24,780 nucleotides of DNA from a virus (IMGVR_UViG_3300022555_000015); one strand, 5' to 3'; positions 16,300-24,060 are shown, numbered from the stretch's first letter. Translations and numbers: made by a program. The notes: generated by a model not told the origin, from the sequence alone.

Positions 16300-17451
16300 A
16301 TGCTCCGATCAGCAGAAGATGTGACCCTGTATCTGAAGACCATCAAGGGTCTTCGGGTGTGGTGGAAGAAGGTATCAGATCCTTCTTTTATCCATAATGC
16401 CAAGGATATGGCAGGGGTTACCTCTGTACTTGAGAAATTACAGAAGAATGTAGGTCTTTTAGAGGAACATCTCCTGTTCGGCCACGGTCTAGCACTACCC
16501 TCCTGGGCAGACCTGGATGAGAAACTAGGGGTAAAGCCCAGCTATTTAGATGAGTTCAGGGCACGCATTCCCAAGCTCATTGAGCAAGCCAAGAGCTACT
16601 TGGGAGAAGGTATTGACTACAACAACTGGCTCCTGGAGATAGTTACCCCAGGCACCTATGCGTACACAGAGGGCAGGGGTACATACCGGGACGTTCAGAA
16701 GAAGCATGAAGAAAACCCTGCGAAGTTCCTGGATGGTGCAAAAGCCGCTGCTCAAGGAAAAGTAGCTCTGGCTGACAAGGAGATATCCGGCAAACTCTTC
16801 AGGATGATGACTGCTTTCTTGAATGAACATGATCCTACAGGTGAGGGGCTCAAGAAACTGAGTTTACCCATTGAAGCAAACATAGGTAAGGTCAAGGTTG
16901 TCTTCGAAGGGGGACAGAAAGCTTTGCTTTCCAAGGGGCTCACCCGGAGGGACCCTAGGGACTTGGATGCCTACCTGCCCTACCTCATAGAAGCCAAGCA
17001 ACGCCTGTCTAGCAAGGGCTTTGATGACCTGTGGTATGGTCCTATCTTCATCCAGTGTGAAGAGTGTGGGGGGAAGAATCCTTTAGGTGCTAGTTTTGGG
17101 GTGGGTGCCCACTACTTCCATAACCGTGACTACATCTTCATCTACATGGACCCACAGAGGGCAATCGTACCTCTAGTTATTCATGAGCTAGGTCACAGGA
17201 TGTATTACAAATTTCTCGACCTGAAGGATCGTTCCCAATTCAATAGTTACTTTGGGAAAGTCCCAGCTACTTCAAAGTACGGAGATACCACACCTAGCGA
17301 GGATTTTGCAGAGGTATTCAGTAGTTTTATCATGGGGAGGGACCTTACACGGGATCAAATTGAGAGATTCAAAGCGTTTCTGGGTAAACAAGCCCCTCGG
17401 GTTTCACGAGTGGTTGCAATGTTTCAGGAGATTGGGGTATATAGGCACTGA
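16300..17451 (+). CDS. Protein with C-terminal zincin-like metallopeptidase domain
   Basis: LVIHELGHR (HExxH) followed by SKYGDTTPSEDFAEVF supplying the distal Glu ligand, as in anthrax lethal factor-like zincins. Confidence 0.75.
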   Translation: MLRSAEDVTLYLKTIKGLRVWWKKVSDPSFIHNAKDMAGVTSVLEKLQKNVGLLEEHLLFGHGLALPSWADLDEKLGVKPSYLDEFRARIPKLIEQAKSYLGEGIDYNNWLLEIVTPGTYAYTEGRGTYRDVQKKHEENPAKFLDGAKAAAQGKVALADKEISGKLFRMMTAFLNEHDPTGEGLKKLSLPIEANIGKVKVVFEGGQKALLSKGLTRRDPRDLDAYLPYLIEAKQRLSSKGFDDLWYGPIFIQCEECGGKNPLGASFGVGAHYFHNRDYIFIYMDPQRAIVPLVIHELGHRMYYKFLDLKDRSQFNSYFGKVPATSKYGDTTPSEDFAEVFSSFIMGRDLTRDQIERFKAFLGKQAPRVSRVVAMFQEIGVYRH

Positions 17452-17477
17452 TACTAAGTTAATATCATACCAGTGGT

Positions 17478-18245
17478 GTGGACAAACCTTACGGTTCCAT
17501 CTACATTGCCATCTGTAAAATAAACGGGAAAGCCTATGTGGGCCAAACTACCTTTACTGTAGAGGAAAGATGGCAAAGGCATCTTGAGGACCATAAGGGG
17601 AAGTTTCTTTTCGGGAAGGCACTACTGAAACATGGATCTGAGAACTTCACCTTATGCACCTTGGACACGGCTTCGGATCAAAATGATCTGGACCAAAAAG
17701 AGATCCATTGGATTAAGGTCAAGGGAACTTTAGTTCCCCAGGGGTATAACTTAACTGAGGGGGGTCGGGGAGGGAAGCACTCTCAGGAGTCTAAGGACAA
17801 GATGAGTGCTAGTAGGAAAGGTAAACCTCTGTCAGAGGGACATCGTCTGAAAGTAGCAGCAGGGTTAAAAGCCAGATATGAATGGGAGAGATCACAAGGT
17901 ATTCATCGCCCCAAAACAGAAAAGCAATTACATCAACTCCGTACAGCTAACTTGGGAAAAACAGTTTCCCCAGAGGTTAGGGTACGAATGAGTGCAGCTA
18001 TGAGGGGTTTGAAACGGTCCCAAGAGGGATGTCTGAATATCAGTATTGGAAAGAAAGGTAAGTCCAATGGTCATGAGGGAAAGATGTTGACACCTGAAAC
18101 CAAAGCAAAAATAGGGTTGGCTAATACAGGGAAAAAACGTACCCCCGAAACTAAGGAAAAAATGCGGGAAGCTCAGATTCGTAGACAGGCTAAGAAACGT
18201 GCAGAAAAGATTTTGGGTCCAGGCTGGCTAGTGCCAGTCAGGTAG
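17478..18245 (+). CDS. Free-standing GIY-YIG homing endonuclease with NUMOD3 repeats
   Basis: GSIY...KAYVGQT...RWQRH...E...GYNLTEGG nuclease domain. Repeated HSQESKDKMS / SPEVRVRMS / TPETKAKIG / TPETKEKMR motifs. Confidence 0.85.
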   Translation: MDKPYGSIYIAICKINGKAYVGQTTFTVEERWQRHLEDHKGKFLFGKALLKHGSENFTLCTLDTASDQNDLDQKEIHWIKVKGTLVPQGYNLTEGGRGGKHSQESKDKMSASRKGKPLSEGHRLKVAAGLKARYEWERSQGIHRPKTEKQLHQLRTANLGKTVSPEVRVRMSAAMRGLKRSQEGCLNISIGKKGKSNGHEGKMLTPETKAKIGLANTGKKRTPETKEKMREAQIRRQAKKRAEKILGPGWLVPVR

Positions 18246-18248
18246 CTG

Positions 18249-18272
18249 CCCTCTGGTGTCTCCGCTAGAGGG
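18249..18272. other. Intergenic stem-loop downstream of the homing endonuclease
   Basis: CCCTCT-GGTG-TCTC-CGCT-AGAGGG forms a 10-bp stem on the + strand with two G.U pairs. No U-tract follows. Confidence 0.5.
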
Positions 18273-18320
18273 ATTATCATTCGGAATAGTTGACACCAAC
18301 AGTCAACCCCCAGAACTCAC

Positions 18321-19523
18321 ATGGAAAAGACAGCTTGTATCGTTGCGGTTGGTGTTTGGGCAAACAAGAAGTGTTTATTGAAAAATCGTGACCGTAACTA
18401 CACGCCCGAAGTTAAGATTGTCCATGATCTTGTAGACGGTGTTGAAATCGCTTATATGAATGACCTTGGCACCGATTGGTGCGAAGGAATGAATGAGCAT
18501 TCCATCGGGATCGTGAATGCAGCCCTGATGGTGGGTCGAGACGAAGCAGAAAAGAAGATTGTCAACACGGTAGGGAAGAAGTCTAAGGATGGGGAACGCA
18601 TCCTCAAGGCTCTATCCTCCAAGAATCTGGAAGAAGCTGTCAAGAGTGTGGTTGAATACAACAGCGGTGTGAAAGGTCATACCTTTGTTGCTGACAGGGA
18701 TTCAACTAAATCTATTGAGATGACTTCCAAGCATGAGGCTGTGGTGAAGACCCTCAAGGGAGGGGTGGTCCATGTCAGGACCAACCACGGTTTTGCTTAC
18801 CCCAATGCAGGATACACTGAGGGTCCTAACTATGTATCCTCAGTGGCACGTAGGGATCAGGCTATGGAGGTTCTTCGGGACGAGGTAACTGAACCTGAAG
18901 ATATTGTCCCTGAGTTGATGCAGCACCGTCACGAAGACCTGGATGATCCGAATAACATGGTCCGTGATACGGATAACATGGCTACCACGTCTCAGATGGT
19001 CCTGAACCTGACCGACCGTGAGATTCTCTTCTATTGTGTTGATAAGAACTGCCAGTGGAAGGGCATCGAAAACCGACTCCCTGGTGGTAGGGAACCTAAG
19101 ATCAAAGTTCAGGTGTTTGAGTTCAAAGGCGACTCTTCTAAGCCAGTGAAAGTACCCTACAAAGAGTTCAAAGCTGAGAAGTCCAAATCTAAAGAGGCAA
19201 GTATGGTTGACCTAGCATCGAAGATAGCATCTGAATACATGAAGCAGGCTTCTGGGGAGTATCGCCTCCACTTAGTCACACAGCAGGCCCGTCAGAAGCT
19301 CCTCAAGATACTTGCCGAACTGAATAGAGTTGACAAGGACTACAGGGAAGAACTAGATAAGTTCAAATTCCCTGGGATGCAGAAAGCTGGAGACCCTCTG
19401 GAAGCTACATCAATCCTCAAGGATGGGGATGATGCTGGTGACCCAAGTGGGGAACTTCAGAAGTACATTGACTTCATGGAGAGGTCCGAAAAGGAACTCT
19501 TCGCAGCTAGCGGATTGGACTGA
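18321..19523 (+). CDS. Ntn-hydrolase-fold protein (C45/NRDE-like) with additional C-terminal domain
   Basis: Cys6 begins CIVAVG. LLKNRD, EGMNEHSIGIVN and HVRTNH match the Cys-type Ntn-hydrolase pattern. A separate region follows KEASMVDLASKIASEYMKQAS. Confidence 0.7.
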   Translation: MEKTACIVAVGVWANKKCLLKNRDRNYTPEVKIVHDLVDGVEIAYMNDLGTDWCEGMNEHSIGIVNAALMVGRDEAEKKIVNTVGKKSKDGERILKALSSKNLEEAVKSVVEYNSGVKGHTFVADRDSTKSIEMTSKHEAVVKTLKGGVVHVRTNHGFAYPNAGYTEGPNYVSSVARRDQAMEVLRDEVTEPEDIVPELMQHRHEDLDDPNNMVRDTDNMATTSQMVLNLTDREILFYCVDKNCQWKGIENRLPGGREPKIKVQVFEFKGDSSKPVKVPYKEFKAEKSKSKEASMVDLASKIASEYMKQASGEYRLHLVTQQARQKLLKILAELNRVDKDYREELDKFKFPGMQKAGDPLEATSILKDGDDAGDPSGELQKYIDFMERSEKELFAASGLD

Positions 19524-19526
19524 ACC

Positions 19527-20645
19527 ATGAGACCTGATGCAATCAAAGTGGCCTATCAGCACTACCTCACTTCCAGGGAATTTACTGAGACCCCAGGGGC
19601 AAAGGTAGCTAATAGATACCTCAAGGCAGTATCTATTGAGGAAGACCTCCCAACTCTGGAGAAGGCTCTCCTGAACCTGGAGAACCTTGACATGACCCTG
19701 ACGGCTATCGAGGATACCTACAATGACCACATGACCGGGAAGGTGGCATCGGTAGATATCCCAGATGTAGGACCTTATGTTACGTCCCAGCTAGAATCCC
19801 TGACTAAATCTCAGGAAGGGTTGAAAGCAGCCCTCCAGATTGAAGCTTCGGTCAAGCAAATCCTGGTAATGGACCCGGAGAACAAAACTGCCCAGCGAAC
19901 AGCGACCGACGCTGCTACGATGGTCAAGAGGTTCAAGAAGCACGAGGAAGAAGCCCGTGCAATGATTCGGGATATAGCAAAGAAGAAGACCCCCCCTGCC
20001 TTGAAGAAGATGGGAGATGCCGTCTTGAAGATACTCAAGACAAGGTTGGTTGACCCTGAATCTGTGACAATGATTCCATGGGTAGACCCTAAGACACATT
20101 TTTACACAGGAGGTAGCATGTCCCCAAAAATAGGGGTTGGCTACCTCCTGGTATTCTCATTCCCCGGTGTGGAAAAGGCAAATCGTCCTACCCTGGTAGA
20201 GAGTACTATATCCAACATTGGTGTTGAACTTATCTATAGTAATACGTCAACTCCCGCAACCGACCCCAAGATAGTAACAGACCTAATAGTCAAGTATCTT
20301 GGTGAATGGAACGGCATCAAGGGCAAGGCTGAAGAGGGAGCCGGTAGGGCTGAACTAGCCAAGACTGTACTCGGCATCATGGAAAGCATGGGTCGCAGGC
20401 TTGGGGAGATTCGTAGGGATGAGAGTGAAGTTCTGGATAACAACCGGAATCTTAGTGTAACCTTCCGCACCAATCTCCGTACTGAAAATTACGGGGAATA
20501 TGATGATGAATGGCAGGAAATAGTAAGTAGAGAGTACACGCAGCCTCTCAAGAAGGCACTAGCATCTTACATGGACAAGATAAAATCAGTGGGTGTGGAA
20601 AACAATGAGAAGGGCTACTGGTCCTTCTACGTCACCTTGAAGTAG
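19527..20645 (+). CDS. Hypothetical protein with KVA-containing leader
   Basis: 372-aa ORF starting 3 nt after the upstream stop. IKVAY, AKVANRY and GKVASV lie in the first ~75 aa. Confidence 0.75.
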   Translation: MRPDAIKVAYQHYLTSREFTETPGAKVANRYLKAVSIEEDLPTLEKALLNLENLDMTLTAIEDTYNDHMTGKVASVDIPDVGPYVTSQLESLTKSQEGLKAALQIEASVKQILVMDPENKTAQRTATDAATMVKRFKKHEEEARAMIRDIAKKKTPPALKKMGDAVLKILKTRLVDPESVTMIPWVDPKTHFYTGGSMSPKIGVGYLLVFSFPGVEKANRPTLVESTISNIGVELIYSNTSTPATDPKIVTDLIVKYLGEWNGIKGKAEEGAGRAELAKTVLGIMESMGRRLGEIRRDESEVLDNNRNLSVTFRTNLRTENYGEYDDEWQEIVSREYTQPLKKALASYMDKIKSVGVENNEKGYWSFYVTLK

Positions 20646-20677
20646 TCACTCGGCCCCAAAATGGGGTAATAGATGGG

Positions 20678-21724
20678 ATGGCACCACATCTCGTCTCTAC
20701 CACCCTCCAGATCCTACAAATTGCAGATGACCTCCGGGGCTCTGGAGTGCCCGAAGAGGTTGTCCAACCCTGGCTCACCCAAGCTATGCGGGAGTGCCTG
20801 GGTGATACCTCCGAACCCCTGCACGGGTTTGTACCGACCAAGGCTCCCCTCACTGTGCCGAAGACGGAAGACAATTCCTTCCAAGTCATCTCTGGCACTA
20901 ACCCTGTGTTTCCTGAAGAGAAACTGGTAATTATGTCCCAGGGGAAGGAAGGGACCGTTCCGAAGGGCTTTCAAGACCTGGAACCCAAGCAGCCCATCAG
21001 GGATGGGATTGTAGCCAAGGTCCAGGAGAAGGGTATCTCCGATCCTGAGCCTGGAACTCCTACCCTCGTTCCGAAGCTGGTATTGAAGGATGGTAAGCTG
21101 GTAGAGGCAGTTCCAGGACAGCCTCTTGAGGATCAGCCCACGTTGGGAACACCCCCTGAGTACCCCTCCCCGTTCGCTAGCCTTCCCCTGGAAGATGCCC
21201 CAGCCCCTCCCCCTGAGTCTATAGTGGACCAGGAAGTCCAGAAGGCACTGGCAGACCTTGAGCCTCTTGTTGAAGTTACCCACAAGGGAGTCATCAAGGA
21301 TGGCACGGTATACCTCTGTGTGGAAGAGATCATGCGAGACATGGGGGTGCCCGAAGAATTCATCACGTCAGGTCACCAGAGGGGAATCTCCCGTGTGGCA
21401 CTGAAGTCCATCAAGAGCAAGCTCCTGTTCCGTTACATTCTGAGGGCTGTCAACAAGTCCGGTAGTGACGTGAACCACTTTGGGGGTCCTGCCCTGGATA
21501 TCCTTCGGGATGTGGTGACGGCATGGCTCGCATCCAACCGGAAGGCAATCCTCAAGGTCAATCTCACCAAGCAGTTGGCAGATCAGCAGAGGTTCACACA
21601 GGAGATTGCCCGTCAGCAGTACACCAACCTCCAGGATGTACCCACCAAGGTTCTCTCACAGGAACTCTTCGGTGATAAGTCTGAGGGTATTGAGAAGCTC
21701 TTCGCCCAGGACCATATCTCCTAG
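20678..21724 (+). CDS. Hypothetical protein with Pro/Glu-rich central region
   Basis: 348-aa ORF in the + strand operon with a helical-looking C-terminus. Confidence 0.7.
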   Translation: MAPHLVSTTLQILQIADDLRGSGVPEEVVQPWLTQAMRECLGDTSEPLHGFVPTKAPLTVPKTEDNSFQVISGTNPVFPEEKLVIMSQGKEGTVPKGFQDLEPKQPIRDGIVAKVQEKGISDPEPGTPTLVPKLVLKDGKLVEAVPGQPLEDQPTLGTPPEYPSPFASLPLEDAPAPPPESIVDQEVQKALADLEPLVEVTHKGVIKDGTVYLCVEEIMRDMGVPEEFITSGHQRGISRVALKSIKSKLLFRYILRAVNKSGSDVNHFGGPALDILRDVVTAWLASNRKAILKVNLTKQLADQQRFTQEIARQQYTNLQDVPTKVLSQELFGDKSEGIEKLFAQDHIS

Positions 21725-21748
21725 ATATCCTATGGGTATGGTAGGGGT

Positions 21749-22546
21749 ATGGCAGATACTCCTGTAATCATTCCTTCCTGGCTCAACCCCAATGTAGAGC
21801 GTCCCTTCCACAAGGAGGGTCTCACCAAGGAACAGTTCGTTCTTGGGTGCATGACCTGTCTCCTTCATATAGGATGTGACCCTTTCCAGTCAGCGGGTGT
21901 GACAGCTAATACCTGTAATGAAGCCGCTTGGGGAAGTGCTGTAGTTTGTGGTAATGCCTTCGGGTGGAAGATTACCCAGAACTATGCAGACCACTATCGT
22001 ATCAAGAACGGGAAGCCTGCCCCATGGTGGAAGGCACCCGGTCACGTTGCCAGTGGAGACCCTGAGTGGTGCTTCTACCGGGCGTTTGAAAGTTACACTG
22101 AGGGGTTGCCTGAATGGCTCAGTGCCTTCACCCCCAAGCCTTCGGAGCTACCCATAGTCCCTACCCCTCCTGCCAAGGATTCCTACATCTATCGGCAGAC
22201 TGGAGAAGCATTCTGGAGTGGGGGTGACTGGTTCCCCTTGCTCTGCAAGGCAGGGTACAAGGGCCCGATCACCAAGGCCAAGCCAGATGCTTCCATAGCC
22301 GAACACAAGTCAATTGTTCATACAGTGCTAGCCATGTGGGCACAGTCCAGATTGACCTTTCAAGTACAGAGTGCCATCACTGATTACCAGATTGAGCAAA
22401 AGCTCAAGGTGACAAATAGATTGATGGTAGATGGGGACATTGGCCCTCAATCCATCAATGCCATCAAGGCATTCCAGAGGATGAAGGGGATGCCAGTAAC
22501 AGGTACTATGAGCGATGCTTTGATACTAGCCCTTGCCTGTACCTAG
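21749..22546 (+). CDS. Endolysin-like peptidoglycan hydrolase: GH73 glucosaminidase-like domain plus C-terminal PG_binding_1 domain
   Basis: NEAAWG (cf. LESGWG), NAFGWK (cf. NLFGIK), YRAFESY (cf. FRAYDS), AGY. C-terminal VDGDIGPQSINAIKAFQRMKGMPVTG. Confidence 0.8.
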   Translation: MADTPVIIPSWLNPNVERPFHKEGLTKEQFVLGCMTCLLHIGCDPFQSAGVTANTCNEAAWGSAVVCGNAFGWKITQNYADHYRIKNGKPAPWWKAPGHVASGDPEWCFYRAFESYTEGLPEWLSAFTPKPSELPIVPTPPAKDSYIYRQTGEAFWSGGDWFPLLCKAGYKGPITKAKPDASIAEHKSIVHTVLAMWAQSRLTFQVQSAITDYQIEQKLKVTNRLMVDGDIGPQSINAIKAFQRMKGMPVTGTMSDALILALACT

Positions 22547-22587
22547 TCTCCAGCAAAACTAAAAGTGTCCTGGGTGTAGGTTCATAG

Positions 22588-22788
22588 GTGCCCTATGGCT
22601 TACACTTATCAGGAACCCTTGTCATGCCTGGAAATATGGAACATCCCCCTGAATGGGAACAGAACGTACTAGATTGTATCATGGGGCTAGATCAGGAATT
22701 GAAATCAGCAAATGAGGAGCACTACAGAATGCTCTTAATTCACCTGATTTTAGACCTGGAAGAAGTGCTCAGAAAGCACAGAGACTAG
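22588..22788 (+). CDS. Small hypothetical protein (start uncertain)
   Basis: 66-aa ORF with an amphipathic C-terminal half, converging on groES with a 4-nt overlap. Alternative ATGs at 22624 and 22636. Confidence 0.35.
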   Translation: MPYGLHLSGTLVMPGNMEHPPEWEQNVLDCIMGLDQELKSANEEHYRMLLIHLILDLEEVLRKHRD

Positions 22789-23054
22789 CAGTAGATACCG
22801 AGGATGTCTTCCTGCCGAACAAGGATGTAGTCCTTGCCGTCGATCTTGACATCATTCCCACAGTACTTGCCGATTAGAACCACCTGACCCACGGTAACAG
22901 CCATCTCGACATCCTTGGTACCGGGCCCTACGGCAATCACGGTTCCGAGAGTCTGCTTCTCCTGGGCTGTAGGGGGGATGATCAGACCACTGGGGGTCTT
23001 GGTCTCGTTGTCATTTCGCTGAATGAGAACACGGTCATTGAGAGGCTTGAGCAT
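22785..23054 (-). CDS. groES: Co-chaperonin GroES (Cpn10)
   Basis: LKPLNDRVLI...KTPSGLIIP...GTVIAVGPG...VTVGQVVLIGKY...YILVRQEDIL. SD AAGGA. Confidence 0.97.
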   Translation of the reverse strand: MLKPLNDRVLIQRNDNETKTPSGLIIPPTAQEKQTLGTVIAVGPGTKDVEMAVTVGQVVLIGKYCGNDVKIDGKDYILVRQEDILGIYC

Positions 23055-23095
23055 AGGACAGTCCTTCGTTGTGGGATTACCACTGAAACGATACC

Positions 23096-23124
23096 CAAGT
23101 AGTTACTCTTTGGGGGACTGTCAA
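23096..23124 (-). promoter_or_regulatory. Possible sigma70-type promoter of groES
   Basis: Perfect TTGACA (23124-23119), a 17-bp spacer and a weak -10 (TACTTG), in the intergenic region. Confidence 0.3.
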
Positions 23125-23140
23125 CCTGTGATTGAAACTT

Positions 23141-24013
23141 CTAGCTACAGTAAGCCAACTGCTTACGGATGTAGTTCTTGATCCATACCAGTTCTGACCG
23201 GAGCTTGGTCAAGTCAGGCAGGATACGAGAGACGGGCTGGCCCTGGATAGCCTTGATCCGACGCATGGCAGGCTGCATGATCTTTGCGATCACGTCACCC
23301 ATGCTACGGTTCAGTTCCTTGTCCATCGCATCAGGGTTCCGCATGAGGGCAGAGATGATCCTGTCTGCATTCTCCATGTCAGCCAGAATCTCAGGGAGGT
23401 CTTTGCCTTCATCGAGCTCTCGGATAGCCCCGTCCACCTTCTCCTGAAGGCTACGGAGGCCAGGGATACACATGGTAGCAGACTGAGTGCCCCAGCCGAA
23501 CCCAGGCTTCCTGGTAAGGCCCACAGGGTACTGTCCCATTGGAAGACGTTCACCCGTTGTAGGGGAAACGTGCATCTTGGGGTTGTAGGAGTCCAGGTAG
23601 CCCTTGCCTACCTTCTCCCGGTAAATCTTTGCCATCTGCATCTGAGCCTGGGGCATAGACTCAAAGAATTCATCCTTGCTGTCTACACGGCCACTCTCAC
23701 CAGAGTCCGTCAAGGCTCCCCACCGACGCTTCAGGACTACTGTGTTTGATTCCTGAACAATCAGCATCTCATAGAACTTGGAATGGTTCTTCTCGGCATC
23801 AATGAAGTAGAGCATGGAACCTCTACCTTCCTTGACAGCCTGGAGGTTCAACCCTTCCTTCTCCATGATCGGCTTGTGAGCCAACTTGACCTGAAGGGAA
23901 GCCATCCGGTCAACGGAGGCTACTCGATCTACAGTCAGGATCGGTAGTAGGTCGGAACGGAACTCGGGGTGTTCGGCTGCGAGCCGGATGATCTTGCCAC
24001 GGAGAGTATTCAT
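23141..24013 (-). CDS. WGR-domain protein with N-terminal leader
   Basis: MLYFIDAEKNHSKFYEM...VLKRRWGA...AKIYREKVGKGY is a WGR-type pattern. It is preceded by a ~45-aa leader ending RVASVDRMASLQVKLA. Confidence 0.7.
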   Translation of the reverse strand: MNTLRGKIIRLAAEHPEFRSDLLPILTVDRVASVDRMASLQVKLAHKPIMEKEGLNLQAVKEGRGSMLYFIDAEKNHSKFYEMLIVQESNTVVLKRRWGALTDSGESGRVDSKDEFFESMPQAQMQMAKIYREKVGKGYLDSYNPKMHVSPTTGERLPMGQYPVGLTRKPGFGWGTQSATMCIPGLRSLQEKVDGAIRELDEGKDLPEILADMENADRIISALMRNPDAMDKELNRSMGDVIAKIMQPAMRRIKAIQGQPVSRILPDLTKLRSELVWIKNYIRKQLAYCS

Positions 24014-24016
24014 TGT

Positions 24017-24034
24017 CCCTCTGTTCTCAGAGGG
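24017..24034 (-). promoter_or_regulatory. Hairpin sequestering the SD of the WGR gene
   Basis: Minus strand CCCTCTG-AGAA-CAGAGGG forms a perfect 7-bp stem whose 3' arm contains GAGGG, 3 nt before ATG24013. Confidence 0.55.
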
Positions 24035-24060
24035 GGGATAGGTAATCCAACGATGGGTGT

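Noticed and set aside
18268-18281. GAGGGATTATCATT nearly identical to the gene start context GAGGGATTATGATT near 2970
   Set aside because: Single short match with no ORF following. It is compatible with chance or a decayed start.
17452-18320. Group I intron around the GIY-YIG gene
   Set aside because: The flanks are only 26 and 75 nt, too short for an intron core, and both neighbouring genes look complete.
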